DNA of 64,000 bases. Origin: Verrucomicrobiota bacterium. Its GTDB lineage: Bacteria; Verrucomicrobiota; Verrucomicrobiia; Opitutales; UBA953. The translations under genes and the position numbers were made by a program. Below are positions 29,701 through 44,700 of this stretch, one piece after another; the first letter of the stretch is position 1; each line of letters opens with the position of its first letter. Below the pieces are notes generated by a model. That model was not told the DNA's origin, made no database searches, and was given only the letters and a program-made list of their open reading frames with translations. The DNA lies in assembly GCA_041191065.1 (NCBI GenBank), contig JBEEPO010000003.1:51946-115945 (forward strand), written 5' to 3'.

Positions 29701-32700
29701 GCACCGGCGTCGACGGTGGTGCCGCCGAGGTACGAATAGACGCCCGTCGCCGACAAGGTGATGGTGCCGACGCCGACCTTGGTGAACGTGCCATTGCCGG
29801 AGATCGTGCCGCCGAGGGTGTAGTTCGCGCCGGAGCCGGCGACGAGGTTCGAGCCGGCGTTCGGCAGGGTGATGGTGCCGGCGTTGGTGACCGTCTGGAT
29901 CGTCTCGACCCCGCCGAGCTGGAGGGTGGCGCCCAGGCTGACCGAGACGGCGGAGACGTCGGCGATGCGTTCGTCGCCCGTGGTGGCGAGCGTGCCGGCC
30001 GAGACGGCGGTGGCGCCGGTATAGGTGTTGCCGCCGGAGAAGGTGACCGTGCCGGAAGTGGTCTTGGTGACGGCGATGCCCGCTCCGGCGAGGATGCCGG
30101 AGACCGTGCCGGCCCGGACGGCGTAGCTGGCGCCCGTCAGCGTGCCGTTCGTGATCGCGCCGTTGGTGAGCGTGACCGCGCCGACGGTCTCGGAGAAGCC
30201 GCCGAGGTCGAAGGTGCCGCCCGTGTCGATCGTGAGCAGGCCGGCGTCGAGCAGGCGGTCGGCGGCGCCGAGGAGCAGCGTGCCCGCGTTGATCGTCGTG
30301 CCGGCGGCGTAAGTGGTCGACGCGTTGAGCGTCAGCGTACCCGCGCCTTCCTTGATGAAGGCGCCGGTGCCGGAGACGACGGAGTCGATCGTCGTCGCCG
30401 TGGCGAGGCCGGAGGTGATGACGCCGTTGTTGACGATCGTTCCGCTGTTGAAGATGCGGTTGAGCGTCTCGTTGCCCCCGACGGTGAGAGTGGCGCCGGA
30501 AGCGATCGTGACCGAGGAAGAGTTGGTCAGACGGGAGTTGCCCACCGTGATGAGGCCGCCGACGGAGACCGTGGTCGCTCCCTTGAACGCGTTGTTGCCG
30601 GACAGGGTCAGGTTGGCCGCGCCCAGTTTGATCAGCCCGCCGCTCGGGCGGATCATGCTCGACGGGTCGATGTCCCCCGAAATCGTGGTGTCGACGTTCG
30701 TCGTGAGCGTGCGGACCGTGTCCCCCAGGTCGGTCGTGCCCGAGAAGGTCAGCGTGCCGGTGTAGTCGGCGGAAGCGCCGAAGACGATGTCACCGCCGAA
30801 GACCAGCGCGTTGGCCAGGCTCCGGTTGCCGGCGCCGCCGGAGGTGAACGCGCCTCCGTTCAAGGTGAGCGGGCCGGTGCCGAGCGAGTTGTTCGAGGAG
30901 ACGCGCAGGGTCCCGGCGTTGAGGGTCGTGCCGCCGGAGTAGCTCTTGCCGCCCGTCATGAGCAGCGAGCCGGCGCCTTCCTTGATGAGGAAGCCCGTCC
31001 CGGTGACCGCGCCGGTCAGCGTGGTGTCGGCGTCGCCCGTACCGGTCGTCACCGTGCCGCCGTTGAGGAGCAGGGTGCCGTTGTTGGTCAGCGTATCGAG
31101 GGTCTCGAGCCCGCCGACGGAGAGGGTCGCCCCCGCGGCGATCGTGTAACCCGAGCCGTTGTTGCGCAGGACGCCGTCGCCGACGGTGGCCAGCACGCCC
31201 GTGCTGACCAAGGTCGCGCCCTCGTACGAGTTGGCGCCGGTCAGCGTCAGGGTGGCCGCGCCGAGCTTCGTCAGGCCGCCGTTGCTGATGATGCCGCCGA
31301 TCGTGACCGCCGAGTCGATCGTCAGCGTGCGGGTGGCCGCGCCGAGGTCGACATCGCCGGAGAAGGTGAGGGCGCCCGTGTCGGTCGTGCTGCCCAGCAG
31401 CATGTCGGCGCCGAGGACGAGGTCGTTCGCGAGCGAACGGGCGACCGCGCTGTTGGCCGAGACGCGGCCCGCGTTGAGCGTGACCGTGCCCGTGCCGAAG
31501 GCGGTGTCAGAGCCGGCGCGCAGCGTGCCTTGGCTGAGGGTCGTGCCCAGCGAGTAGGTGTTGTCGCCCGTCAGGGTCACGTCGCCCGCGCCGGTCTTGA
31601 TGAAGCCGCCGTTGGAGACGACGCCCGTGAAGTTGACGGTCGAGTCGGTCGTGATGCCGCGCACGCCGCCGCCGAGGCTGAAGGTGTTGGAGAAAGTGAG
31701 CGCGCCCGTGAAGGTGGACGTGTCGCCGAGGACGACGCCGCCGCCCAGGACGAGCGCGTTGCCGAGCGTGCGCGCCGTCGCGCCGTCGCTCGTGAAGCGG
31801 CCCGCGTTGAGGTTGAGGACGCTGACGCCGAAGGCCGTGTTGGAACCGGCGCGGAGCACGCCGGCCGTCAGGATCGTGTCGCCGGCGAAGGAATTCGCGC
31901 CCGTGACCGTCAGGGAACCCGTCCCGTCCTTGTTGAGGGTGCCGCCCGTGCCGGTGATCGTCCCGCCCAGGGTGGTGTTCGTGTTGGCCAGGCCGAGGTC
32001 CAGTCGTCCCGTGGCGAAATCGATGACTCCCGTGCTGACGAGGGCGTCGAGGCGTTCGGTCGTGCCGAGGCGCAAGGTGCCGGCGGCGGCGACGGTGACG
32101 CTGGCGGTGCTGCGGAGGACGCCGTCGTTGGTCGCCGTGGCGAGGACGCCGGCCGTGACCGTCGTGGTGCCGGTGTAGGTGTTGACGCCGGAGAGGATGA
32201 CCGTGCCGGCGGTGGTCTTGTTGACCGACTGCTTCTGGACGCCGGAGTTCATCTCCCCGAGGACGGCGCTGACCGCGCCGGACTTCAGCGCGTAGACGTT
32301 GCTCGTGTTGGCGTAGTTCGAGCCGATGAGCGTGCCGTTGGCGACCGTGCCGCCGTCGACCGTGACGACGGCGACCGTCTCGGTGAAGCCGCCGAGGTCG
32401 AAGGTGCCGCCGAGGGCCGCGAGGGTGCCGCGGTCGTCGAGGCGTTCGGCGGAGCCGAGGAGCAGCGTCCCGGCGGAGATGGTGGTGCCGCCCGTGTAGG
32501 TGTTGGCGGCGGTGAGCGTCAGCGTGCTCGCGCCGGCCTTGGTGATCGCGCCGTTGGCGAGGATGCCCGAGATCGTGGCGACCGAGTCGACGGTGAAGGT
32601 GCGGTTGAAGCCTTCGAGGCTGATGCCGCCGGCGAGGGTCACGCGGCCCGTGTTGGTCACGCTGCCCAGCGCGAGGTCGCCGTTCATCGTGATGTTGTTG

Positions 32701-35700
32701 CCGAGCGAGCGGTCGGTCGCGCCGTCGCTCGAGAGGCGGCCCGCGGTGACGAGCAGGTAGCTGCTGACCGCGTTGCCGAGCGCGTCATCCGAGCCGAGGC
32801 GGATCGTGCCGTTGGTGAGCGTGGTGTCGCCGGTGTAGGTGTTCGTGCCGGCCAGGGTCACGGACCCCGTGCCCGTCTTGGTGAAAGTGCCCGTCCCGGA
32901 CACGACGCTTCCGAGGACGTAGTCCCCGTTGTTCGTCCCCGTGGTCAGGCGGACGGCGGTGCCGTTCAGCACGACGCTGCCGGCGCCCGTGAGCAGGTTG
33001 ATGGTCTCGCTCGTGTTGAGCTGGAGGACCGCGCCCGCGGAAAGGGCGACCCCCGAGGTCGAGCCGAGCCGGCCGGCCGAACCGCCGGTGGCGACCATGC
33101 CGGCGGTGATGGTGGTGGCGCCGGCGTAGGTGTTCGCCGCCGAAGAACTGATGGTCAGCGTGCCCGCGCCGGCCTTGGTGAAGCCGCCGTTGGAGATCAC
33201 CCCCGTCAGGGTGATGGCCGAGTCGACGGTCATCGTGTGGGCCGCGCCGCCCAGGTTGAGGGTGCCGCTCAGCGTCAGCGGGCCGTAATAAGCGGCGTGT
33301 CCCAAGGCCACGTCGCCGCCGAGAGTGATGGCGTTGGCCAGCGTGTAGGCGTTGTTGTTGCCGTTGTTGGACGACAGACGGCCGGCGTTGAGGGTGACGG
33401 CGCTGGTGCTGAAGGCCGTGCTGGTACCGACGCCGGAATTGTTGCCGATGCGGATCCAGCCGGCGTTCAGGGTCGTCGGTCCGACGTAGGTGTTGGCGCC
33501 GGTGAGCGTGAGCGTCGCGGCGCCCGTCTTGTTCAGGCCGCCGTTCGAGACGACGCCGCTGAAGGAGAAATCCGAGTCCGTCAGGAGCGTCCGGTTGACG
33601 CCGCCGAGGTCGACCGTTCCGGCGTTATGCATCGCCCCGGTCTTCGTGAGGCTGCCGAGCGGGACGTCGGCGTTGAAGACGAGCGGGTTGTTGAAGCTGC
33701 GTCCGCCGGTGCTGTCGCTCGAGAGCCGGCCGGCGTTGAGGGTGACGATGCTCGTGGCGCCGCCGAAGCCGGAATTGCCCGCGAGCTGCAGCGTGCCGCC
33801 GTTCAAGGTGATGCCGCCGGTGAACGTGCTCTGGAAATCTCCGGTGGCGGTGCGCCAGCCCCAGATGCCGTCATGATACCAGTAGACGTGGGTGGTCGCG
33901 CCGGTGAGCGTCAGCGCGCCGGCGCCTTCCTTCACGATACGGCCGGCGCCGGTGATGCGCCCGATCAGCGTGGTGTCGCCGCCGGTCGTCCCGGTCGTGA
34001 GCACCGCCGAAGCGCCGTTGAGGTCGATCGTGCCGGAGTTGGCCTTGGTCTTGCCCGCCGTGACGAACGAGTTCAGCGTCTCGGCTCCCCCGATCTGCAG
34101 CGTGGTGAAGAGGTAGCTGTCGTTCCGATGCGGGTTCCAGGGGTCGTAGGTGCTGAGGTTCTGGACGTCGATGATCGCCGTCGAGGACAGGCGGTTGTCG
34201 CCTTCGGTGGCGAGGGTGCCGTACGCCACCACCGTGCCGCCGGTGTAGGTGTTCGTCCCGGCGAGGGTCATCTTGCCTTCGCCCGCCTTGGTGAAGCCCA
34301 GGCCGGCCGTGTCTTCGCCGATGCCGGCGCCGGAGAAGCGTACGCCGGTGTTGGCCGTGAAGGTGCGGTCGGCGGCCCGCAGCGTGGTCGCGCCCGAGAA
34401 GTCGAGCGTGCTGACCGCGTTCCAGGAATAGTAAGCGGAGTCGCCGTAGGTGACGTTGCCGGCGACGCCGTAAGCGCCCGCGTAGGTCCGGAGCGTGGCC
34501 CCTTGGTTGCTCGAGATGACGCCGGCGGTCGCGACGAGCCCGCCGGAGCCGAGGACGTTGTCCCCGGCGAAGTAGAGCGAGCCGCCGTCGAGCGTGGTGC
34601 CGCCGCGGTAGTCGCTGGTCGACTTGGTCAGCGTCGTCGCGGACGTGTTGCTGATGACCAGCGAGAGCTTCCCGTCGCCGGCGAGGGAGTCGGAGAGCCT
34701 TCCGGCGAAGCTGCCGGTCCCGGTCATGGTCAGCACCGAGGCGGTGCCGGCCGCGTTGGTCACGACGGACCCGTCGACCGTGGTGAAGTGCCGGACGGAT
34801 TCGCCGAACCCGTTCAGGTCGAAGGTGCCGCCCATGGCGCCGACGTCGTACTTGACCTGGTCCGAGGCGAGCAGCCGGACCGTGGCGCCGGCGGCGACGG
34901 AATTGACGAAACCGTTCAGGTTGGCGGAGGCGTTGCGGAGTTCGAGCGTGCCGCCGCTGACGGTCCAGTCGATGGTGTCGGCGTTCGCGACCGTCCCGTC
35001 GAAGACCACGCGCCCTCCGGTCACGGAGAGCAGGCCGTAGTAGCCCGAGCGGGTGATCTGGCCCGACATGGTCAGGGTCGCCCCGTCGGTGGAGTAGAAG
35101 GCGAGGTTGCCCGCGGGGTTCCAGTAGTTGGCCGAGCTCTGGATGGTCTGGCTCGTGATCGTCCGGTCATTCGACGCGTTCAGCCTCAGCGTCGTGCCGC
35201 TGTTGAAGACCGTGAAGTTGCCCGCCGGCGTCGCCAGCAGGGGGTCCATCCGCAGGTCCGTGACGCCGGCGTAGACGTTGGTCGCTCCCTGATAGCCCGC
35301 GGTGGCCGTGAGCGTGCCGGTGCCCACCTTTGATAGGCCGCCTGCGCCGGTCAGCGTCGTGGCGTAGGTCGGGCTCAGGCCGTTGGTGTCGATCCGGATG
35401 AACTGGCCGGCGCCGACGGCCGCGAATTTGCCCGAGGGGTCGGTGATGACGGACCGGTGGCGCAGGGTGCCGCCGAGGAAGCGGATGGCGTTGTCGCCCG
35501 CGCCCGTGAAGTTGGCGAACTGGTCGCTCGCGGAGACGTCGAGGTAGTAGCTGACGAGGTCCAGGCCGCCCGTGAAGGCATTGTAGGCGCCGAGCGTGAC
35601 GGCGCTGCCGTCCGTGTCGCCGCGTACCACCACCTTGGTGGGGTTGGCGCCGTCGCCGGCGTCGGCGATCACGCTGGCGAACGTCAGCCGGCCGGCGCCG

Positions 35701-38700
35701 CCGCCGAGGCGGTAGACCCGTCCGCCGGTCGAACTGTCCGCGGTGAAGCTCCCGGAGTAGGTGTGGTTGCCGGTCGCGCCGAGGGAAAGCAGCGGGTTAC
35801 CGACGAAAGTGATGGTCTCCGCCGAATCGCCGGTGATGGCGAGGCCGCCGGAGGGGTAGGAGCCGTCGGTGACGAGGCGGCCGCTGTTCAGCCAGGCCAT
35901 CACGCCGACGTAGGCGCCGCCCGCCGCGAGCGTGCCGCCGGCGATGCGCACCTTGCCGGCGGTCTCCGGATGGTTGACCGCGTCCAGTCCGGGCAGCGAG
36001 CCCGCGGCGATGTTCAGCTGGCCGAGGCTGACCGTGGTCAGGCCCGTGTAGGAGTTGGCTCCGGTGAGGTTGGCGACCTGGGTCGTCGTCTTGGTGATCT
36101 GGGCGCCGGTGGCGATGACGGCGCTGATCGTGTCCCGCTCGATGAAGATGTTGGCGCCATTGATCCGTCCGCCGCTGCTGGAGTCGATCAGGCCGCCGGA
36201 GACGAGGGTGATGGTGAACCCGTCGTTGGCGTCATAGAAGCCCGCGAGGTCGAGCACGCCGCCTTCGATCCGGATGTTGTTATTGGCCGGCAGGACGTTG
36301 TTCGTGCCCAGCCTCAAGGTGCCCTCGTAGATCGTGGTCGTCCCCGTGTATTCGTTCGCCGCCGACAGGATGAGGGTGCCGGCGCCGTATTTGAAGAGGG
36401 ATCCGTTCCTGACGTTGCTGGCGAAGTTGACCGTCGAATCGACGAAGATCCGGCGGGAACCGCCGAGGTTGACGCCGCCGGTGAAGGTGAGCACGCCGTT
36501 GTCCGTGGGGTTGCCGAGGCGAAGGTAGGCGCCTGAACCCAAGGTCAGCGGATTCGCCAGCGTGAAGTCGGCGGTCCCGGCCGCGCCGTTGCTGGAGAGC
36601 ACCGGGGCGAGGGTCCAGTCGGCGTTGCCGTTGATGGTCAGGCCGGTCGTGCCGAGCGCCGCGTCGTTGCCCACGCGGATCTTGCCGGCGTTGAGCGTGG
36701 TCCCGAGGGAGTAGGTGTTGGCGCCGCTCAGGGTCAGGGTGAGCTTGCCGTTCTTCGTGATCCCGCCGTTGCTGACGACGCCGGAGAAGCCGACGTTGGA
36801 ATCGTTGTCGATGGTGCGGACCGAGCCGTTGAGGTCCGTCCCGCCGGTGAAGATGAGCGCGCCCGAATAGGCCTGCGGGTTGCCGAAACCGTCGTAGATG
36901 TTCCCGAGCTGGACGTCGCCGGCGACGACGACATCGTTGGTGAAAGTGCGATCGGTGGCGCCGTTGCTGGACAGGCGGCCGGAGGTGAGCGTGAGCAGTC
37001 CGGTGCCCAGCGTGCCGTCGGCGCCGGCGAGGATCCAGCCGCCGTTGAGGTTGGTGCCGCCTGAGTAGGTGTTGGTCGTATAGATCCAGACATTCCCGCC
37101 GGTCTTGGTCATCGCCGACGGGCCGCCTGGTCCGTCGGCCAGCACGGCGTTGATCGAGCCGTTGCTGATGGCGTAGCTCGACGCCTTGAGCACGCCCTTG
37201 GAGCCCGCCGGGGCGGAGTCGGTCACGGTGCCGTTGGTCAGCGTGAAGGCGCCGATGGTCTCCGTGCGTCCCTTGAGGTCGAAGCTGCCGCCGGTGATCG
37301 TGACGGTCCCGGCGTCGACGAGGCGCTCGTCTGCGCCGAGCGTGAGGGTGCCGCCGGCGACGGTGGTGCCGCCGGCATAGGTGTTGGCGCCGGAAAGCGT
37401 CAGGTTGTTGTTGCCGCTCTTGTATAACCCGCCGTTGCTGACGACGCCGGTGAGGGTGACGTCCGCCTGCAGGTCGATGGTGCGGGGGGCGGCGCCGCCG
37501 AGGTCGACGTCGCCGGTCAGGGTCAGCGCGCCGTAGTCCGTGTAGTATTCCCCGAAATAAGCGGTGGCCGACAGGACGATGTCATTGGCCAAGGTCCGGG
37601 CCGTGGTCCCGGCGGCGCGCAGGTATCCGCCGGTGATCGTCAGGTCGCCGACGCCGAGGGCGCCGTCGTTCCCGACGCGCAGGATCCCGGCCTGGAGCGC
37701 CGTCCCGCCGGCGTAGGTGTTCGCGGCGTTCAGGGTGGAGGTGCCGCCGGTCTTCTTCGTCACGGCGCCGGAGGCGAGCACGGCGTCGACCGTCCCGGTC
37801 TGGAGCTCGAGGGTCGTGAACGAAAGGGAGCCGTTGCTGATCAGGCCGCCCGTCTGCGTGACGGCGACGAGCGTCTGGGCGTAGCCGCCCAGGTTGAACG
37901 TGCCGGCGGCGAGGGTCAGGTTGCCGGTCGTCAGCAGGCGGTCGTTGCCGGCGAGCACGAGCGAACCCGAAGTATTGATGGTGGTGCCGCCGGAGTAGGT
38001 GTTGGCGCCGCCGAGGGTGAGGGTGCCGTTGCCGTTGAGCACGACGGCCGCCGCCGAGGCCCCGCCGTCCTTGATCACGCCGGTGACGGTGACGGTGTTG
38101 TAGACCGCGAGCGTCCGCGCCGCTTGGTTGAGGTCGAGGTCGCCGGCGAGGGTGAGGGTGCCGCTGGAGCCGTTGCCGAGGGTCGCGTTGCCCAGCAGCC
38201 GGACTTCGTTCCGCAGCGTCTGCGGGGTCGCCGAGCTGGTGCCCAGCCCGACGCCGTTGGACATCGTCACCAGGCCGGTGCCGAGCGGGCCGCTGACGAT
38301 GGCGTTGGCCCCGTCGAGGACGGTGCTGCTGCCGATCCACATCGAACCGGCCAGGATGTTCGTGCCGCCGCCGTAGGTGTTCGCTCCGGACAAGACCACC
38401 GTCCCGTTGGTGCTCTTGTTCACGGGCACCGCCGCGCCGGTCAGGGCGATGCCGATCGAGCCTGATTCGAGGGAGTAACTCGACGCGTTGAGCGTGCCCG
38501 TGCCCGAGATGCTGCCGCCCAGCAGCTTGAGGACGTTGGTCGTCTGCGAATAGGTCGACAGGTCGAAGGTGCCGTTGGCGACGGTGATGCTCCCGGTGGT
38601 GAGCAGGGCGTCGTCACGGCCCAGCTGCAGCGTGCCGCCGTCGATGGTCGTGAGCCCGGTGTAGGTGTTCGCTCCGGAGAGGACGACCAGGCCTCCGCCG

Positions 38701-41700
38701 GTCTTGGTGGCGGCGACGCCCGTGCCGGCGAGGATGGCGGAGACCGTGCCGCCTTGGAGGTCGAACGTCGGCGTGCCGCCGGAGGTGACGGTGATGGTCC
38801 CGGTGGAGCTGGTGATGGAGCCGGAGGTGATCTGGAGCGTGCTGACGGACTGGGCCGTCGTCGTCAGGTCGAGCGTGCCGCCGTTGACGACCAAGGTCCG
38901 TCCGAGCGGCAGGGCCCCGTTCGCCCTGAGTTCGAGGGTGCCGCCGGTGACGAAAGTGCCGCCGGTGTAGGTGTTGACGTTGGAAAGGACGACGGTGCCG
39001 CCCCCGCCCGAGCCATCGGTCACCTTGTTGATGGCCGTCGCGGCGGCCGGGCTGGTCACGTTCCCGATGACCGCGGAGATCGCGCCGTTCATCAGCGTGT
39101 AACCGGACGCGTTGAGCGTGCCGTTGGCGATGGCGCCGCCGGTGAGCGTGACGAGGCCGGTCTTCTGGGCGACGCCGCCGAGGTCGAAGGTGCCGCCGCT
39201 GACGTTGATGACGCCCGTGCGGAACAGGGCGTTGGCCTGGACGAGGGCGAGCGTGCCCGCGGTGACGTTGGTCCCGCCGGTGTAGCTGTTGATCTCCGTC
39301 ATCGTCACCGTGCCCGCGGTCGTCTTGTTGACGGCGGTGGCTCCGCCGGACCCGTCGGCGACGACGGCGGACACCGTGCCGGACCGGAAGTCGTAGGAAG
39401 CGCCGGACAGGTTGCCGTTCCGGATGGTGCCGGTCTGCAGCGTGACCGCCCCTACCTGCTGGGCGAAGCCGCCGAGGTCGAAGATGCCGCCGTCGACCGT
39501 CACGATGCCCGCGGCGTTGAGGCGGTTGCGGTCCTTCAGCAGCAGGATGCCGTCATTGATGAACGTCCCGCCCGAGTAGGTGTTGACGCCGTAGAGGGCG
39601 GTGGTGCCGGCCCCGCTCAGCGTCAGGCTGGCCCCCGTGCCGGCGAGGACGGCGCGGATCTCGGACGCGTCGAGGACGGTGTTGGTCGAGGTGAACGACG
39701 TGCCGGTCAGGACGCCCGTGAAGCCGAGCGTGCTCGTGACGTCGCCGCCGTTGAAGACGATCGCGGTCGAGTTCGCGTTGTTGTACGCGCCCATCGCGAG
39801 CACGCCGCCGTAACGGCCGTTCTCGACGCCCCCGTTGAGGGTGATGCTGCCAGGAAGGACGTTGTGGGCCCCCATCGCGAGGATGCCGTCGTCGACGACC
39901 GTGCCGCCGGTGAAATTATTGGCGCCGGAGATGGTGAGCGTGCCCGTGCCGGTCTTGTTGAACCTGCCCGGCCCGGACAGCACCGCGCTGATGGTGCCCG
40001 CCTCGACCACGAGCTGCGAAGCGAGCAACGTCCCGCCGATCAGGCTGCCACCCGTGAAGTAGACCATGTTGCCGATGGTCTTCCCGTTCAGGTCGAGGGT
40101 CGCGCCTTGCAGGTAGACGTTGCCGGTGCTGAACGCCGCGTCATCGCCGACGACCAACGTGCCCGCGCTGAGCGTCGTCGTGCCGGTGAAGGTGTTGGCG
40201 TGTCCGAGGGTCTGGCTGGCGGAACCGGTCTTGTTCAGGCTGATGGCGCCGGAGATCAGGCCGGTGAAGCTGCTGCTGACCGCGCCGCCGAGCGTCAGGG
40301 TGGCGGCGACGCCGGTGTTGGTGAACGTGCCGCCCGCGGCGGAGATGTCCGCGAGCCCGCCGATCGTGGCGGCGTTGCCTTGGAGGTCGACGGAGGTGCC
40401 GGCGCCGACGGCGATGAGGTTGGAAGCCGCGCCCAGGCCCGTCGCGCTGCCGACCAGGACGTCGCCGGCGGCGATGTTGAAGCCGCCGGAGAAAGTGTTG
40501 GCCCCGTTGAGGGTCAGGGTACCGGCGCCGGCCTTAGTCCAGCCGCCGGTGCCGGAGGTCACGCCGTTGACCGTGAGGTCGGTGAGGAGGGTGACGGTGC
40601 GGGCGGAGGCGCTGGTGGCGAAGTTTCCGCCGAAGGTGATCGCGCCGGTGTCGACCGCGTCGCCGAGGGTGACGTCGCCGCCGAGGGTGACGTTGTTGGC
40701 GAAGGAGCGGGCGGTGGCGCCCACGCTGCTGAGCTTGCCGCCGCTCAGGGTGAGCGCGCTCGTGCCGAAGGCGGCGTCATCGCCCGCTCGCAGGACGCCG
40801 GCAGTGAGGGTCGTCGTGCCGGCGTAGGTATTGGCGCTGGCCAGCGTGACCGTGCCGGTCGTGCTCTTCGTGAGGGCGGTCGAGACCAGGCCGCCGCCGT
40901 TGGCCAGCACGGCGTCGATCGTGCCGTTCTGCAGGCCGAGGGTCGTGACGGAGAGGTTGCCGTCCTGGACGGTGCCGTCGACGAGCGTGAACGTGCCGAG
41001 CTGCTGGTCGAAGCCGCCGAGGTCGAAGACGCCGGCGTTCTGGGTCATGGCGCCCGTGGTCCGCAGACGGTTCGCGCCCCCGAGGGCGAGCGTGCCCGTG
41101 TTGAGCGTGGTGCCTCCGGTGAAGGTGCTGATGCTGTTGAGCGTCAGGGTCGCGGCGCCATTCTTCACCAGCGCGCTCGTACCGCCGAGGATCGCGTCGA
41201 GGCTGAGGTCGCCGGCGTTGGTCACCGTCAGCGAGCTCGCGGTGAGGACGCCCGACGCCCCGGTGATGGAGCCCGACGCGTAGGCGACCGCGCCCGAAGC
41301 GTTGTTGTTAGTCGTGAGGTCCAGCGTGCCGCCGTCGACCACGAGGTTGCCGCCCAGGGCGTTGACCGCGCCGAGTTCGAGTTTGCCCTCGGTGAGGGTG
41401 GTGCCTCCGGTGAAGCTATTGGCCCCGGTCAGGATCTGGGTGAAGGTGCCGACCTTGCGCAGGGCGATCGCCCCGGTGATCGCCCCGGCGAAGGTCTTGT
41501 TGACCGAGCCGTCGAGCGTGAGCGTCGCGGCGGAGCCGGTGTTCGTCACCACGCCGCCCGCGCCCGAGATGTTGGCCAGGCCGGAGACCGTGAGCGCGAA
41601 GCCCTTGAGGTCGACCGTGCCGGCGGAACCGACGGTAAGGAGATTGGCGACCGCGCCCAGGGCGTTGGCGCGACCTTGGAACAGCGAACCGGCGGAGACG

Positions 41701-44700
41701 GTGGTATCGCCGGCGTAGGTGTTGGCGGCGTTCAGCGTCAGGGTGCCGGTACCGGCCTTGGTCAGGCCGCCGTTGCTGACCACGCCCGAGAGGCTGACCC
41801 CGGAGGTGACGGTCAGGGTGCGGGTCGTGCCGGTGAAATCGACGGTACCGGTCAGGTCGAGCGCGCCCGCGAAGGTGGCGCTGCCCAGGGCGACGTCGGC
41901 CGTGAGGCTGAGGTCATTGGCGATCGTGATCGCCGTGGACCCCGCGTTGGAGAGGCCGCCGCCGTTGAGGGTGAGTCCGGCGCTGCCGAGGGCGCGGTCA
42001 TGTCCGACGCGCAAGGTGCCGGTCGTGACGGTCGTGCCGCCCGAGTAGGTGTTGTCACCGGACAGCACCAAGGCGCCGGCTCCGTTGAGAGTGACGGCCG
42101 TGGCGCCCCCGATGATCGCGGAAATCGTCGCCGTCCCGGCCGGGGTGGCCGAGATCGCCGAGGTCGAGAGCACGCCGGTCGAGCCGGCGATCGTGCCTCC
42201 CGAGATTGCGACCGAAGTCGGCGTCGCATCGAACGTCGTGAGGTCGAACGTGCCGCCGGAGAGCGTGAGGACGCCGGGGGCGGCGTCGGTGGCGCCGAGG
42301 GCCAGGGTGCCGTTGCTGACCGTCGTGCCCCCGGTGTAATCGTTCGCGGCGTTGGTGAGCGTGAGGATGCCCGTCGTCGCCTTGGTCAGCGCCACGGTGC
42401 CCGTGATCTTCGCGCCGATCGTGCCGGTCTCGAAGGTCGCCTTGCTCGCGTCGATGGTCCCGCCCGTGATGGCGCCGCCCGCGAAGACGAGCGTGTTGGC
42501 GATCGTCAGGTTGTTGAGGTCGAGCGTGCCGCCCGAGAGGGTGATGGTGCTCGTACCGAAGGCCGTGGCCGAGCCTGCGACCAGGGTGCCGGCCATGACC
42601 GTCGTGCCGCCGGCGTAGAGGTTGGCGCCCGAGACCGTGAGGGTGCCCGCGCCGTTCATCGTCAGCGTGCCCGCGCCGTCGAGGATGGCGGAGATCGTGG
42701 CCGTGCCGGTGCCGGTGACCGAGGCGGCGGTCAGCTTGCCGGTGGTGCCCGTGATCGAGCCCGCGGAGATCGTCACCGCCCCGACCGTGTTGTTATATGT
42801 AGAGAGGGCCAGCGTACCGCCGTCGACGGTCACCGCCCTGGCCGTGGGAAGGGAGCTGTCCAGACCGAGGGCCAAGGTGCCCGCCGTCACGGTCGTGCCG
42901 CCGGTGTAGGTGTTGAGGCGGGTCAGCGAGAGCGTGCCGCCCGCGCCGTTCATCGTCACGGAGGTCGAGCCTCCGACGAGCGCGGCCAGGGTCAGGGTGC
43001 CGCCGGTGTGGGTCGCCGTCAGGGAAGTCGCCGAAAGGACGCCGGTCGTTCCGGTGATCGATCCCGCGGAGAAGGTGACCGCGCCGAGCGTGTTGTTGAA
43101 GGTGGCGAGGTCCAGCGTGCCGCCGCTGACGGCGTAGGCGCCGACGAGGGACGACGTCGAGCCGGCCCGGATCGTGCCGGCGGACAGCGTCGTGCCGCCG
43201 GAGTAGGTGTTGGCTCCGGACAGCGTGACGAGTCCGGCCGTCGACTTGGTCAAGGCGCCGGCGCCGCCGAGGATGGCCGAGACCGTGCCGGCCGTCGGGG
43301 TGAGCAGCGAGGCCGACAGCGTTCCGCCGGTGAGCGTCCCGCCGGTCATGATGACGCTGTTGCCGATCGTCTTGCCGTTGAGGTCAAGGATGCCGGCGGT
43401 GAGGCGGACCGTGCTCGTGCCGAAGGCCGCGTCGGCGCCGGCCAGCAAGGTGCCCGCGTTGATCGTGGTATCGCCGGTGTAAGTGTTCGTGCCGTTGAGC
43501 GTGAGGACGCCGGCGCCGTTCTTGGTCAGCGTGCCGGCGCCGCCGAGGAGGCCGGCGATGGTCGCGGCGGCCGCGTTGTTCGCCGTGAGGGAGGTCGCGC
43601 GGAGTTCGCCCGTGGTGCTCGTGATCGTGCCGGCGGAGAAGGTGACGGCGCCGGCCGCGTTGTTGAAGGCGCCGAGGGAGAGGGCGCCAGAGCCGCTGAT
43701 CGCGATGGCCCCGGGGAGGGCGTCGGTCGCGCCGACCACGAGGGTGCCGGCGGAGAGCGTGGTACCGCCCGCGAAGGTGTTCGCGCCGGTGAGGGTGACC
43801 GAGCCCGCGGTGGACTTGGTCAGCGCGCCCGAGCCGAGGATGGCCGAGATCGTGCCGCTGGTGAGCGTGAGCTGCGAGGCCGAGATCGTGCCGCCGGCGA
43901 GCGTGCCCGCGGTCAACGTGATGGCGTTCGTGAGCGTCTTGCCGTTGAGGTCGAGCGTGCCCGTGCCGCTGACCGTGATGACGGCCGTGCCGAAGGCGGC
44001 GTCGTCGCCGGCCCGGAGCGTGCCGGCCGAGACCGAGGTCGCGCCGCTGAAGGTCGAGTTCGCCCGGGTGACGGCCAGCGTGCCCGAGCCGCTCATCGTC
44101 AGCGTTCCGGAGCCGCCGATCAACGCGTCGAGGGAAAGCGTCCCGGTCGTCGCCGAGGCGAGGGAGGTGGCGCTCAGGATCCCCGTCGTACCGGTGATAT
44201 TGCCCGCGGTGAACGTGACGGCGCCCGAGGTCTTGTTGAACGAGGCGAGCGACAGCGTGCCGCCATTGACGGTCACCGCCCCCGGGAGCGCGTTGGCGAG
44301 ACCGAGGGCCAGGGTGCCGGCGGTGACGGTGGTGCCGCCGGTGAAGGTGTTGGCCCTGGTCAGGGTGAGCGTGCCGTCGGCGCCGTTCATCGTCAGGGTC
44401 GTCGCGCCGCCGAGGATGGCGTCGAGCGAGACGGCCGTGGTGGCGTTCGCGGTGAAGGAAGCGCCCGAGAGCACGCCGGTGCCGCCGGTGATGCTGCCGG
44501 AGGCGTAGGTGATCGCGCCGGCGAGCTGGTTGAAGTTGCCCAGGCTGAGCGTGCCGCCGTCGACCGTCAGCGCGCCGCTGGTGAGGAGCGTGTTGGTCGC
44601 CCCGATGACCAGCGTGCCGGCGGTGACGGCGGTGCCGCCGGAGAAGGTGTTGGCGCCCGACAGGGTCAGCGTGCCGCTGCCCGACTTGGCCAGCGCGGAG